Assembly (NCBI RefSeq): GCF_006345805.1
Contig: NC_043017.1
Span: forward strand, 28,024,001-28,088,000
DNA from: Octopus sinensis
Lineage: Eukaryota
DNA length: 64,000 bases
Reading direction: 5' to 3'
Positions 50,649 to 63,240 of this stretch are shown one piece after another. The notes beneath the pieces were generated by a model. That model did not search any database, was not told the origin of the DNA, and was given only the letters and a program-made list of their open reading frames with translations. Position numbers and translations under genes: made by a program. The first letter of the stretch is position 1. Each line of letters opens with the position of its first letter.

Positions 50649-51494
50649 TATGTGTGTATGCATATGTCCACAAATAGCAGTGCTATGTGGAAAAAGACAA
50701 GCGTACATGCATATGTATATGCATATATGTGTAAGTGTGCGTGCATGTTTGTATGTATGTGCATATATATATATATATGTGCATATATATATGTATGTGC
50801 ATATATATATGTATGTATGTGCATATATATATATGTATGTATGTGCATATATATATATATGTATGTATGTGCATATATATATATATGTATATAATACATA
50901 TATATATATATATGTATATAATACATATACATAATATTATTTGTGATTTCTCACTTAATACGAACCATAATTACGAGAGAAGACATTGGGGAGCAGATGG
51001 GAAGACATGGAGAGTTACAGAGAGAGTTGGAGAAAGAGAGGAGGCGAGATATAGTGAGCAAGTAAAAGAAAGAGAGAGAGGGAGAGGTTATATATATGTG
51101 AAAAAACAATAGGATACGTACAATGCATTAGAGGGCGCTGCATATACAAAATATGAGTTATATAAAATTACGTGGGCAGAAAACACAAGTTCAATTTGAG
51201 ATGCGTTTCTCGGTGATGGGCTATCCGTTGGCTTTAATCGAAACTCAACAGGTGTTGTTAATTAGTTTATGGAGTGACATTAAGGCTGTTTTCTATTAAC
51301 ACTTTATTCTTCTACAGTTCTTCCAATAATAGAATATATCCCTTAACATAGAATTTCCCATTCACCACTTGTCGAGAATCTACCAGCAAGGACATTGAAA
51401 GAAATATACCATATTTACAAAGTACGTTATAATACACAAATCCCAAACGGCAAATATATGTGTGTTTATATACATACATACATAAAAACATACA

Positions 51495-51533
<39 letters not shown>

Positions 51534-51599
51534 CCCCTCCATTTCTTCTTTTTTTTTGTTCCATCAATTTTTTTGTTCCATCCATTTTTCTGTTCCTAT

Positions 51600-51706
51600 C
51601 AACCCTTTTTGGCGAAGGAGTACAGGATCGAAGCGTCAATGACATTTCCGCTTTTTCTGAGGGTCAATCTACTTGTTGTCCTTCACCCGTTTTTGTCTTT
51701 TGTTTT
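51600..51706 (+). mobile_element. Degenerate copy of the pLTR-like element at 23925
   Basis: GAAGGAGTACAGGATCGAAGCGT...TTCTGAGGGTCAA...CTTGTTGT...CACCCGTTTTTGTCTTT. Confidence 0.45.
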
Positions 51707-51711
51707 ATATA

Positions 51712-51932
51712 TATTTTCCTTCCGGTCATTCTAAATGTGACCGCGTGTGTACCGTTGGCGACTTTTTTCCTCTATCTTCCCTTCTCTGGATCTTTCCTTC
51801 TAAGTTTCCGACGAAGAGCTCCGCTCGAAACGTTACACCCTCCTTCTTTCCTTCTTTCCGGAGCGTCCAATAATACTATATTTGTTCCACGTCCTCGCGT
51901 TGTTGTGTTTTTGTGCTTTCTTGTTTGGATTA

Positions 51933-51938
<6 letters not shown>
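51712..51938 (+). mobile_element. Penelope pLTR-like element with hammerhead-like core
   Basis: CCGACGA-A-GAGC-TCC-GCTC-GAAACG (51808-51832) ... CGTC (51864-51867); ends in (TA)n. Confidence 0.55.
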
Positions 51939-51976
<38 letters not shown>

Positions 51977-52951
51977 TAAAGAATACATGAGTGTGAATGA
52001 TGCAGCAACACGTGTCATGGCTGATGGCTGGCAAAATTATCTCGACATTTCGGATACAGCGAATCTACTTTCGCACCTCAGTATTTAGCAGCCCACTGAG
52101 AACAACGGCTTTTTGAAACTTTCGCGAATTTACTATTTACTATAACAACCACTGAATAGTGAGATCATCAAATAAATAAAATAAAAATAAGAAAGAAATT
52201 CGGCGTGTTTTTGATTGTCAAAACTTGTTGAAGGCTGATAGAGTGGCAGAAGCTGTTCATAACATTGCAGGACACAAAATTTGAGGTAGGAAGCATCTAT
52301 TAAGTTGCACCAAAATATATATTCGTATCTACGTGACTGGGAGGACTGTGATGTATCTAACGGAATGGCAGTGCGATGCTTCAATTTTATTAGCAGGAAT
52401 TATCTGCATATGGCACATAAAAGGATATTTCTTTCTAAAGCGCAGACGGTTTACCATGTCCTATCCTGCACTACAATGAAACATGTATATCATATTTATC
52501 TATCCAGGTAGCGAGCTGGATATTTATATATCTTTCAGTATTTCTCTTTGTATATGAATGCATATATGCTTGCTTGTATCTATGTTCTTCCTAGAGGTAA
52601 GACAATTTTTTTTCATGTTTGTTGCACACACGTCTTTGCTAGTATATACGCAGTGAAGCTATACAATAGCGTCGTATTTATATCGACTGCTATTTTCTAG
52701 TAAATATTGGTGCTTTGTCGTACCATTTATCTACTTATACATATATATATATATATGTATCCATCTATCAATTTCTCCAATATGTTTGCGTGTGAGCGTG
52801 TTTGAGTCTCTGTCTTTGCTATTGTGTATATATAGACACACATTTATATTTACATGTATTTATGTACATATATATATGTTGGAGTGGGGAGATATAAATG
52901 TGTGTGGGTGTATGTATGAATATATGTATGTGTATATTTCATAAATATATA

Positions 52952-53348
52952 TCTTTATATATAAAAGAGAAGTTGTGTGTCTGTCTCCTACGATTTAGAT
53001 TCCTAACTACTCCCACATTTTGCGGTGCAGTTTAACCAAAACTGGGTATCTTATAGTCGTGATTCATATCGAGCCCTTCTAGGTATTAGCCGCGCGTCTA
53101 CGATGAGTCTACGATTTTTAAAAACATTACTATCATTTTTTTCCATTTTAATGCATTTTTTCGCTATTATATAAGGGAAGTACCTCTCTAAAAATGTCTA
53201 CGATGAGTCAACGATTAAAAAAAAAAATTACCATCATTTTCTTTCCATTTTTAATGCATTTTTTTGCTATTATTTGGCTATAACTCTCTAAAAATGCTTA
53301 TATAGTTATTTCCCTTACAACCCGAGCAACGCCGGGCGATACTGCTAG
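52952..53348 (+). mobile_element. Non-autonomous Helitron, copy 3
   Basis: A|TCTTTATATATAAAA ... CCCGAGCAACGCCGGG ... CTAG|T. Confidence 0.9.
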
Positions 53349-53714
53349 TTATCTATAAATGCCTTTCAAAATATAAACAGAGAGGTTCAAAGAAAATTCG
53401 TGAGAGTATAAAAGGACCTGAGAATAAAAATACTTGTATATTTTTATATATTTAAATATGATGTTAGGGAAAGAACTGCATCATGAAGTGTATAGTATAT
53501 ATACATACCGGTGTAGTTAACAGTCTCATTTACATTAATGAATATGCAATGCATAATGTAGAGTAGATAAATATGTAAATTATCTTATAGGATTCATTTT
53601 GTCGTAATATTAAATGCAAAACCAACGTGTATATTAAGTGCAAAATTGGATAATGTTATCTTCCAAGCAATGATTTTGATAGTTAAGAGTCTCTAACTTA
53701 TAAAACTAATATAA

Positions 53715-53782
53715 AATATATATATACGTATGGGTGTGAGTGTGTATTCCACATACATAAACATACAGATATACATATGCAC

Positions 53783-53829
<47 letters not shown>

Positions 53830-53874
53830 TTATATATATATACATATATTTACATATGCTTAAATATATATGTT

Positions 53875-53906
<32 letters not shown>

Positions 53907-54365
53907 CACATATATACATATATATATATAAATATATATACGTATATGTATATATACATATATATATATATAAATATATATACGTATATGTATACATACA
54001 TATATGTATGCACATACATATATATACGTATATTTATACATACATATATGTATGCACATACATATATAAATATATGCATATAAATATATATACGTATATT
54101 TATACATACATATATGTATGCACATGCATATATATATACATATGAATATACATACATATATGTATACACACACATATGTATACACACATGTATACACACA
54201 CATATATATACACATAAATATATATACGTATATACATATAACTATATATACGTATATATATATAACTATATATACGTATATATATATAACTATATATACG
54301 TATATATATATAACTATATATACGTATATATATATAACTATACGTATATATATATATACATATAT
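53715..54365. repeat. Compound TA/CA microsatellite including a 22-bp tandem unit
   Basis: (TATATACGTATATATATATAAC)n at ~54225-54345. Confidence 0.95.
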
Positions 54366-54885
54366 ATGATGCAAACACCCACATACACACAATGTCTCAC
54401 GATCCAATCAAACTTTCAGCAGGCATTCTTTTAATTTTAAACACAGCATGACGGTGACAGAAATGTATAAAATAGAATATAATATGAAAAATATAATATC
54501 ACTTTGAACGAAATCACAGGAAAAGGAAACAATATTTTGAATTGTTAGATTTGTAAAGAACAGAAGAACGAGATGATGGAATAAAGAAGACGGCCTCTAT
54601 AAGGTCTACGAATGGTGTGCTTGCAGAGCATGTCTATTGTATGAAACAAATCACTGGAATGTAATGGGATGAAATGACAAAGGAGGGAATAATGTGCGTG
54701 CTTCGAAGCTTAGAAATATTACGAACACTGAAATATGCACGTGTATTTCCTATGTCACATTTTTAGTCGTTTTATCTTTTGAAGAATCACCGAAGTATAG
54801 GCTTAAAAGCTAAGGGGTGCATATAGAGATGGTACACATGACTTACTGCTGCCTAAATTATAACATATATATATATATACATATA

Positions 54886-55047
54886 TACGACAGGCTTCTT
54901 TCAGTTTCCGTCTACCAAATCCACTCAAAAGGCATTGGTCGGCCCGGGGCTATAGCAGAAGACACTTGCCCAAGATGCCAAGCAGTGGGACTGAACCCGG
55001 AACCGGATGATTGATTAGCAAGCTACTTACCACACAGCCACTCTTGC
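54886..55047 (-). mobile_element. SINE family B head half
   Basis: Homology to the family B head. Confidence 0.9.
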
Positions 55048-55059
55048 CACATAATTATT

Positions 55060-55290
55060 TATAAGTATTTATTTTATTTCGTTTTGGAATTTGGTTTGCA
55101 AGATTCTTTATATGAGTTCGTGTGTTGAAGCATATTCTGTTGTGTCTGGGGAGAGTCATTCTCTTTTAGTGCCTTATTATTTAACACACTCACCGGTAAA
55201 ATTTCCACTTATTTCTTATTTTTATTTTCTAAAATTTTCGTTGCGTCTTTCAAGCTTTTCAATAGTCTTGACTCTCCCCAGACACAGTAT
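55060..55290 (-). mobile_element. pLTR-like element with an 18-bp inverted end next to (TA)n
   Basis: TGTGTCTGGGGAGAGTCA (55141-55158) and TGACTCTCCCCAGACACA (55269-55286). Confidence 0.45.
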
Positions 55291-55379
55291 ATATATATAT
55301 AGCTAGCTAGATAGATAGATAGATACGTGTGTGACGACAAACAGTACAAGGACAGTGAGCCAATTTAATGGGAGTTACA

Positions 55380-55556
55380 TGTATGGATCAAAACAGTTTG
55401 ATTCAAATTCGTTGGTACTCTTGAGGTTCAAGCTTGATGTTACTCGTCAGCCATTTTGAATTTTAATTTGTTTCAAATTCAAAATGGCTGACGACAAGCA
55501 TCACACTTCAAACTCAAGAGTATCAACGAATTTCAATCACTCGTTTGATCCATACA
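55380..55556. repeat. Imperfect fold-back with ~84-bp arms, probably a palindromic MITE
   Basis: Inner TCGTCAGCCATTTTGAATTT / AAATTCAAAATGGCTGACGA; outer TGTATGGATCAAA / TTTGATCCATACA. Confidence 0.85.
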
Positions 55557-55588
55557 CATATACATGCATGATTACACACACACACACA

Positions 55589-55653
<65 letters not shown>

Positions 55654-56224
55654 AACATACACACATATAAATGGAGTCAGAGAAAGGCAGAAACAGATAA
55701 TGTTTAAAATTGTAAGAACTTACAGAAAGGACGGTGTGTGCTATGCTTCTAGCTTTATATTTCATGTTTTATAGTTATTTACTCTATTGTCTACGTTAAA
55801 TTGCACATATATTATGTGCAATGTTGTATGTTGCTCATATTCTGTTGTCAAATATCTTCTTTTTGACCAGATTCACAAACTCCATAACCAAAATATGGCA
55901 GCCACGCTCAGTCAATGTCACTTTTATATATGTAATATTTTGCCAATATCGTCTTAAAGACAATTATTTCGAAGCTGAGACTCCAACATTGGGTCACATG
56001 TTATTAATGAAACTAAACTTGAGAATTTCGCGGCTTAAAACGTAAGTTTTAGCCTGTGATATATATATATACTGGTGTATGCAGCTCTTTTGTTCCGCGA
56101 AATTTAAAACATCATGCTTTAAATATTGCTTTGAAATCTGTTCAAAGTTACAGAAATATAATATTGTTGCCCTTTCTAGTTAACCTTTTCCAATTGATAC
56201 GTTTGGTGAGAAGGTACAATATTA

Positions 56225-56365
56225 TAAGGTTGTCCCAAAAGTTCGTAGAAAGTCTTGGAAAATAATGGTCTTTATTTTGAGGAATAATTTTTGTTGTTTT
56301 TGTTAGTACTTGGCGAGTAAAAATTCAAATTTCGCAAGTGTTTACGAACTTTTGGGACAACCTAA
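56225..56365. mobile_element. Mariner-derived MITE (MADE-like) with TA TSD
   Basis: TA|TAAGGTTGTCCCAAAAGTTCGTA ... TACGAACTTTTGGGACAACCTAA|TA. Confidence 0.85.
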
Positions 56366-56774
56366 TACATTTAACTCAAGTGTTTTTGGTGCAGTTTAAC
56401 ATTCTCAATATGTTTGCCGTGAGGTATAGCTTTCACAATTCATTGCCATTGTTGTAGTTACTGTTCTTGTTGATACTGCGTTCGATGTCGTCATCGTCAT
56501 TATTGCTTAGAGAATAATTCATTGTTGATCGACCGGATGTATTTATCATATACTTTCAATCCGTTTTTAACGCATTTTATCTCAAAATATATGGCATCTT
56601 AAAACTTCCTGATGAAATGAAACCTTCTACATTTTGAGGTGTGATTTGGAATAAAATTAGATGATGGTTCTCGCAGACTATGCAGTGGGATATCGGTTCC
56701 CTCAACGACACGTTTCGTAATATCATTTGAACGCTGTAATATGGTTGCTATTTTACTTGTCACCTTGATAACTA

Positions 56775-57070
56775 ATATATATATATATATATATGTGTGT
56801 GTGTATGTATATATATGTGTGTGTGTATGTATATATATGTGTGTGTGTGTATGTATATATATGTGTGTGTGTATGTATGTATATGTGTGTATGTATATGT
56901 GTGTATGTGTGTGTATGTGTGTGTGTATGTGTATGTATGTATATATATATGTGTGTGTGTGTGTATGTATGTGTGTGTGTATGTATATATGTGTGTGTGT
57001 ATGTGGGTGGGTGTATATATATATATGTGTGTATGTATATGTATGTATGTTTATGTATGTATATATATAT
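56775..57070. repeat. (TA/TG)n microsatellite
   Basis: Seen directly. Confidence 0.95.
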
Positions 57071-57866
57071 TGTATTATCATTCATAAACATCTTCATGGT
57101 GATACAAGCAAGCTTTCAACATTTTAATGGTGTTTTTCGTGATTAAGTCAGTGGATTCACTTTACATGTCATTGCTAACTTCAATATATCTAATTACCTA
57201 GATTCATCTATTATCGAACTTTCCTCTGTCAGCTAATTATCTTATTTTATGGTGATTATGATTGATGTCCATTCGTTAGCAACACGTATCCTACCGGAGG
57301 CAAATCTAGTGAATGCATCAATATTTATTACAGTTTAATCATAGGAAAGTTTTGCTTGTGCATGTACAATAAGTGTCCAAATTAAGTGAGCTTTGACTGC
57401 AGAGGCTTAAGTGATTAACAACATCGCTAACGTTATTTAACTGGACGAAGAAAAGAAGTTGAAAGTTAATCTTTTCATTGTACACCAGATCCAGATCGAT
57501 CGGTTCTTAATTTCTTTTATAGCATGTCATTATATCGCCTTTAACTTTATTCTGAAGAAATCACTGTACTTTCCACTGTTTATAATTATTCCTGTTAGTG
57601 CAGACTCTGAAAAACTCAGTGATAATTATATCACTTCTAAAGATCTTAAAAGAGCGAATGAACTTCATCACACATATATTTCTTATGTCATTCCGTCACC
57701 TTATTTATAGTGACCTTCAACAATTTCAGAAAAGATTCATCATTGATGTCATTTTACAAATCAACATATGGCTCTGGACAAATTAAAACATATTCACATC
57801 ACTATATACAACAGTCATACATATCATAATCCCAGCACTGAAGGCACATTGCGGATTGAATACAAA

Positions 57867-58030
57867 TCTATCTATATATATATACATCTATCTATACATC
57901 TATCTATCTATCTATACATCTATCTATCTATCTATCTATCTATACATCTATCTATATATCTATACATCTATCTATATATCTATACATCTATCTATATATC
58001 TATACATCAATCAATCATTCAATCAATCAA
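57867..58030. repeat. (TATC)n / (TCAA)n microsatellite
   Basis: Seen directly. Confidence 0.95.
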
Positions 58031-58610
58031 CCAGCCAGCCAATCTCTCTATCTCTCTCAACATTTTCTGCTCCGCTGCCTGGTACTTATTCACGAACAGA
58101 ATAGCGAATAACTTATTAAGAAACAACCAAACATGCTGACGGTCAAACTCCGTATATCTTTGCAAACACTATACAGTGTACACGAAAACATACAGAATTT
58201 GTATTTTTCTGAATGGTGTATTATGAGATTTCGTAATCTTATTCACTCATCAAAGGAAATATATTGACATGAGTTGATGAAATCACGTCAAATTCGTATT
58301 ACAGTCCCCAGACGCCGCTGCAAAACTAACTCAATATTCTACTTAGAAGACAGAAACCTGAGTTGGAAATAAAGAACTTAAGTTTCCACGCCTTGTCACT
58401 GGCATCACCTGTTTTTCCAGTTAGAGAAATTAACTGCAAGTCTAATCAGCCGTTGCACACAAAAAATATATATACCACGGACAGACGTAGAGAGAGAACG
58501 GGAGAGAAAAAAACAAATGCGCAGATAGTTTGCCATGGAATACCTTTACAATATGTATAACATACGAAGAAGGCATATTTGAAAAAAATATTAAAATACT
58601 GACACATGCA

Positions 58611-59105
58611 TAGGCGTAGGAGTGGCTGTGTGGTAAGTAGATTGCTTACGAACCACATGGTTCCGGGTTCAGTCCCACTGCGTGGCACATTGGGCAAGTG
58701 TCTTCTGCTATAGCCTCGGGTCAGCCAATGCCTTGTGAGTGGATTTGGTAGACGGAAACTGAAAGAAGCCCGTCATATATACGTAAGTTACGGGGGACGT
58801 AAACACACCAGCATCGGTTGTCAAGCGATGTTGGGAGAGGAGGGCAAACACAACACACAAACATACACATATATATATAAGTGTGTGTTTGTGTGTTGTG
58901 TTTGCCCCCCTCCCCCAACATCGCTTGACAACCGATGCTAGTGTGTTTACATCCTCCGTAACTTAGCGGTTCGGCAAAAGAGACCGATAGAATAAGTACT
59001 AGGTTTACAAAGAATAAGTCCTGGGGTCGATTTCCTCGACTAAAGGCGGTGCTTCAGCATGGCCACAGTCAAATGACTGAAACAAGTAAATGAAATGAAA
59101 TGAAA
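58611..59105 (+). mobile_element. SINE family B with an internal inverted duplication
   Basis: 58784-58870 is an inverted copy of 58880-58964. Confidence 0.9.
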
Positions 59106-59344
59106 AATACTTTAAACATACTGATATATCTCGTTTAGACACAGAAAATGCCCAATCTACAGAGATACAGGGCGACTGATGGTCTTCCATAAACAACCTT
59201 GCCCGGGCTTGTGCCACGGAGGGTAACTTTCTAGGTGCAATCCCGCGGTGAGTAATGATCAAAGGACGTCTCTGATACAGATTTATCATATTTATCATTG
59301 AATTTGCCAACACGTCACAAATCCCTAATCTCTCGCCAACTAAC

Positions 59345-59675
59345 GACACTCTAAACTACATTATACCCAAAACATTGTATTACGAATCATAGCACTTTGT
59401 ACATCGACCGCACGCATGTAGGAAGATTACAGAACCAGATTAACAAACCAAAAATAAAATGACTGCCTAAATCTGTAGGGGAGCAACATTCGGCGCCCTC
59501 CAAATATATCTTCATGAAATTCACCTCTTAATATTGAGACACACATACAAAACATACAACTCCACATCAACGCAGAGAAATTCTAAAAGCACTACATCTA
59601 CTTAAACAAGGTAAACATAGACCAAAAACACACAGAGGTATCTGTTGGATGTCGCTCCATTTTTCCAAACACTTC
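59345..59675 (+). pseudogene. Decayed Penelope-like GIY-YIG endonuclease C-terminal fragment
   Basis: DYRTRLTNQK, HSAPSKYIF, KTYNSTS and KHTEVSVGCR resemble the FKTRxNNHK...STALSKYIW...PYN...ELxSKCRH motifs. Confidence 0.5.
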
Positions 59676-59680
59676 ATGGA

Positions 59681-60012
59681 AATATAAGATTATATTGAGT
59701 TATTGGGTTGTTATTAGCTTTTTTAGTAAAGTTACCAATTTATTTTTTTCATTTGTGATTTCCTAAAGCCAATGTAGAGGCCCCTATTTCTGGGTCTATA
59801 ATTTTGGCTAGTGTATTATTGAAATTAGGAAGTTATGGGATTATACGATTTATAGGTTTATTTAAGTTTTCAGGTGGTGGGTATATTGTTGTTATATGTT
59901 GCTTGTTATTTGTTTGTGGGTGGGAGGTTTATTAACGTCTATTATTTGTGTCGGTCAGAGGGATATAACAAGATTAATTGCTTATTCTTCTATTGGTCAT
60001 ATAGGGGTGATA
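59681..60012 (+). pseudogene. ND4: NUMT of mitochondrial NADH dehydrogenase subunit 4
   Basis: Invertebrate mitochondrial code: [42 protein letters not shown]...(frameshift)...QSDMTSLIAYSSIGHMG. Confidence 0.95.
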
Positions 60013-60270
60013 CGCAGTATGAAAATATAAATAGTAACTGCTAAGCACTGACAGTCCATTTTGTATGAATCCGTTGTGCCCAATACGAAATTATGAACAG
60101 TGAATGAAGTGAAGGCTATGCCATGCCTAAGATTAGTAAATACGTATCGGAGTGTGCAGCCTAGTGCTAGAGATACGCAGAGGTATATTGGATATATTAA
60201 ACCATCATAGATCTTAACTTGAACTACGGCCGCGTACCAGCTAATATGTTTGTTCTATCAGAGCAATATA

Positions 60271-60690
60271 TTACTCTTTTACTCTTTTACTTGTTTCAAT
60301 AATTTGACTGTGGCCATGCTGGAGCACCGTCTTTAATCAAGCAACTCGACCCCGGGACTTATTCTTTTGTAAGCCCAGTACTTATTCTATCGGTCTCTTT
60401 TGCCGAACCGCTCAGTAACGGGGACATAAGCACACCAGCATCGGTTGTCAAGCAATGCTAGGGGGACAAACACAGACACACAAACACACATACCCACACA
60501 CATACATATATATATATATTTACATATATACGACGGGCTTCTTTCAGTTTCTGCCTACCAAATCCACTCACAAGGCTTTGGTCGGCCCTAGGCTATAGTA
60601 GAAGACACTTGCCCAAGGTGCCTCACAGTGGGACTGAACCCGGAACCATGTGGTTGGTAAACAAGCTACTTACCACACAGCCACTCCTGC
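60271..60690 (-). mobile_element. SINE family B, full length
   Basis: Collinear with the other family B copies. Confidence 0.9.
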
Positions 60691-61090
60691 AAACGAAACA
60701 TTAGAATAGTTAACGTATATTTCGTCAACTTACTTTTTCAGAATGCTACAATTATGGACATTTTATGTCGTGGTTGCCATGACCGTAATGTCACCAGAGA
60801 ATACGAACAACTGTATCTCCGTTAACTTATCGCCTCTTTTATCAACTCTGCCATTTCTGGTCAGAATTATATATTCAACTAAAGGTCTCACCGTTCATGA
60901 TTAATATATAATACGAACGGAAGTAAGAAATAAAGTGAAACATCGTTACTGCTATTACAATACATAGCTTGAGATTACCTGGAAATCCTTCATATATTTA
61001 CAGTTCGTACATAAGCATTATACGATGAGATCGATCTTATATCGACAGCTATAACCGGGCGTATAAATTCCGAGATGGAATAAGAATATA

Positions 61091-61323
61091 TGTTTCTTTA
61101 CTACCCACACGGGACTACACATAGAGGGGACAAACAAGGAGAGAAAAATGGATTAAGTCAATTACATCGACCCCAGTGCGAAACTGGTACTTAATTTATC
61201 GACCCCGAAAGGATGAAAGGCAAAGTCGACCTCGGCGGAATTTGAACTCAGAACGTAACGACAGACGAAATACGGCTTCGCATTTTGCCCGGCGCGCTAA
61301 CGATTCTGCCAGCTCGCTGCCTT
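61091..61323 (-). mobile_element. SINE C monomer with 13-bp TSD
   Basis: TSD GAATAAGAATATA at 61078-61090 and 61324-61336. Confidence 0.95.
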
Positions 61324-62236
61324 GAATAAGAATATACGTTACAGAAATCCAAGATAAAAATAATAGCTGATATTTAGTGTTCGGAGTACGTATTTCGTTA
61401 TAAAATAAAAAATTAATTCAACCTACATAATATGGTTTTATCAGATAAATTGTTAAGTAGAAATTAAATAGTCAATAAAAAAACAAGAAAAATAGAAACG
61501 GTAGTCTAGCTATTCCTTATTTAGATATATCATAAATCCATATAAGTATTATTCGTCTACAACAGAGAGGGAGAGAGAGAGAGAAATACCGAGAGAGAGA
61601 TGGAGACAGAGAGAGCATTATAAAGGCGCAATGATATTTAAAATGATTTGAATATCTCCAACAATACACCATCCAACATCTTAGCTCTCTGTGGTGGGGG
61701 GAGATGCCATCATTGAAATAGTTAGATTTTAGATTATAAAATTGTCATTATTTTGTTGAACTATTGAAAGCCTGACTTTTATGTTATATCTATATTATTT
61801 GAGATAACAAAAGCAGAGTGCTTTTATTTGCTTCAACGTATGAGAGATCTACGCCTTTCTAATGTATTTTCGAATCATCACATTCTTCAGCATTGCTATT
61901 ATATAACCATTCTTTAATGTTATATTTATTTATTTTTCATAATATAATTCTAATCGTGATGTTCAGTAAAATAGAATGATATTTACATATATAATATCAG
62001 GTTCAATAATTTCATTGTCATGACGTTTATTAACTTACTTATATTTGTTAAAACCTTATTTATTAATTGTGCATGTATTAGATATATATACATACATACA
62101 TACATACATATATACATACATATATATATATATATACATATATATATCTATATAAGCTGCATAATCTATTTCGTATTTATCATTTAAATTGCATTATTTA
62201 TAATTTATTCCAGTTATAAACACACATCTGCATACA

Positions 62237-62312
<76 letters not shown>

Positions 62313-62399
62313 ATACGTTGAAGACAGGGAGAGAGAGAGAGATACAATGAAAGAGAATACGTGAGAAGGTGAGAGGGGTATCCCGTATTCGTAGTACTA

Positions 62400-63240
62400 T
62401 TTTCAAAGATTATACTACTGATCGAATTGCTGTTTCAGGAAGTTTACGATGTCCTAAAAACCTATCCAACATTTTCTGCTGATAAAGGAATGAGTACAGA
62501 GACTGCACCCTGTGCCCGAGGAAAGAGATTTTGTAATACATCAGCAACAGATCTGCAAAGCCATGTGCTGTTATTGCTGCTGGAGTTATTACCATGTCCT
62601 GAATGTTTAAAGCAGGTTATTCACATTTGAAACAGCCTCCACAAGCGTCTCCGCTGAAAGGGAAAGGATTCGTGAAGCAGATGCCAGCTTCCTCTCTCTG
62701 AGCCTACCGGCAATAGCACAAATCTAGTACCTGAAAGTCGGCTTGCGAAAGCAGCCGAAGGTTACAGAAGCGATAATGTTACGTCGCTAAACCGAGTAAA
62801 CGTAGAGATTGCGGAAGTATCCGGGTGGGTGGTTCACGTAGAAGTCTCCATTCCAAGGAAGCAATGTACTGAAGAGTACATGAGATGACGGCGCTCAAAT
62901 TTGTAGAGCTGGTGGAAATATATCGAAACAAAGTGTGCCAAGCTGAGTTTTCCCCGAATGATGTGGAATGCATGTAACTTACAAGTCAATTCACTCTTCA
63001 TGGCATACGTTATGCTGGATATACCACGGATCAGTATGTGATATACCATGACGCTAATTCCGAAAGCAGAAAAGGTTACCTTGATGTTGTTGTGGATTAG
63101 AAGGCGTGAACCATTGGAAGATCATTGCTATCTGGAGTAGCTCGAACGTGACACAATTTGGGAGTTGATCAACTCTTGTTGGAACGTGTGGAGAAGATTG
63201 TCTGATTATTAAAAGACCCAAAGTATTCAACGACCCCTTC
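62400..63240 (+). pseudogene. Decayed HERO-like (restriction-like endonuclease) non-LTR retrotransposon 3' region
   Basis: LLFQEVYDVL, DCTLC, VVHVEVSIP, ALKFVELVEIYRNKVCQAEFSPNDVEC and AEKVTLMLLWIRRREP are collinear with HERO C-terminal motifs; many frameshifts. Confidence 0.75.
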
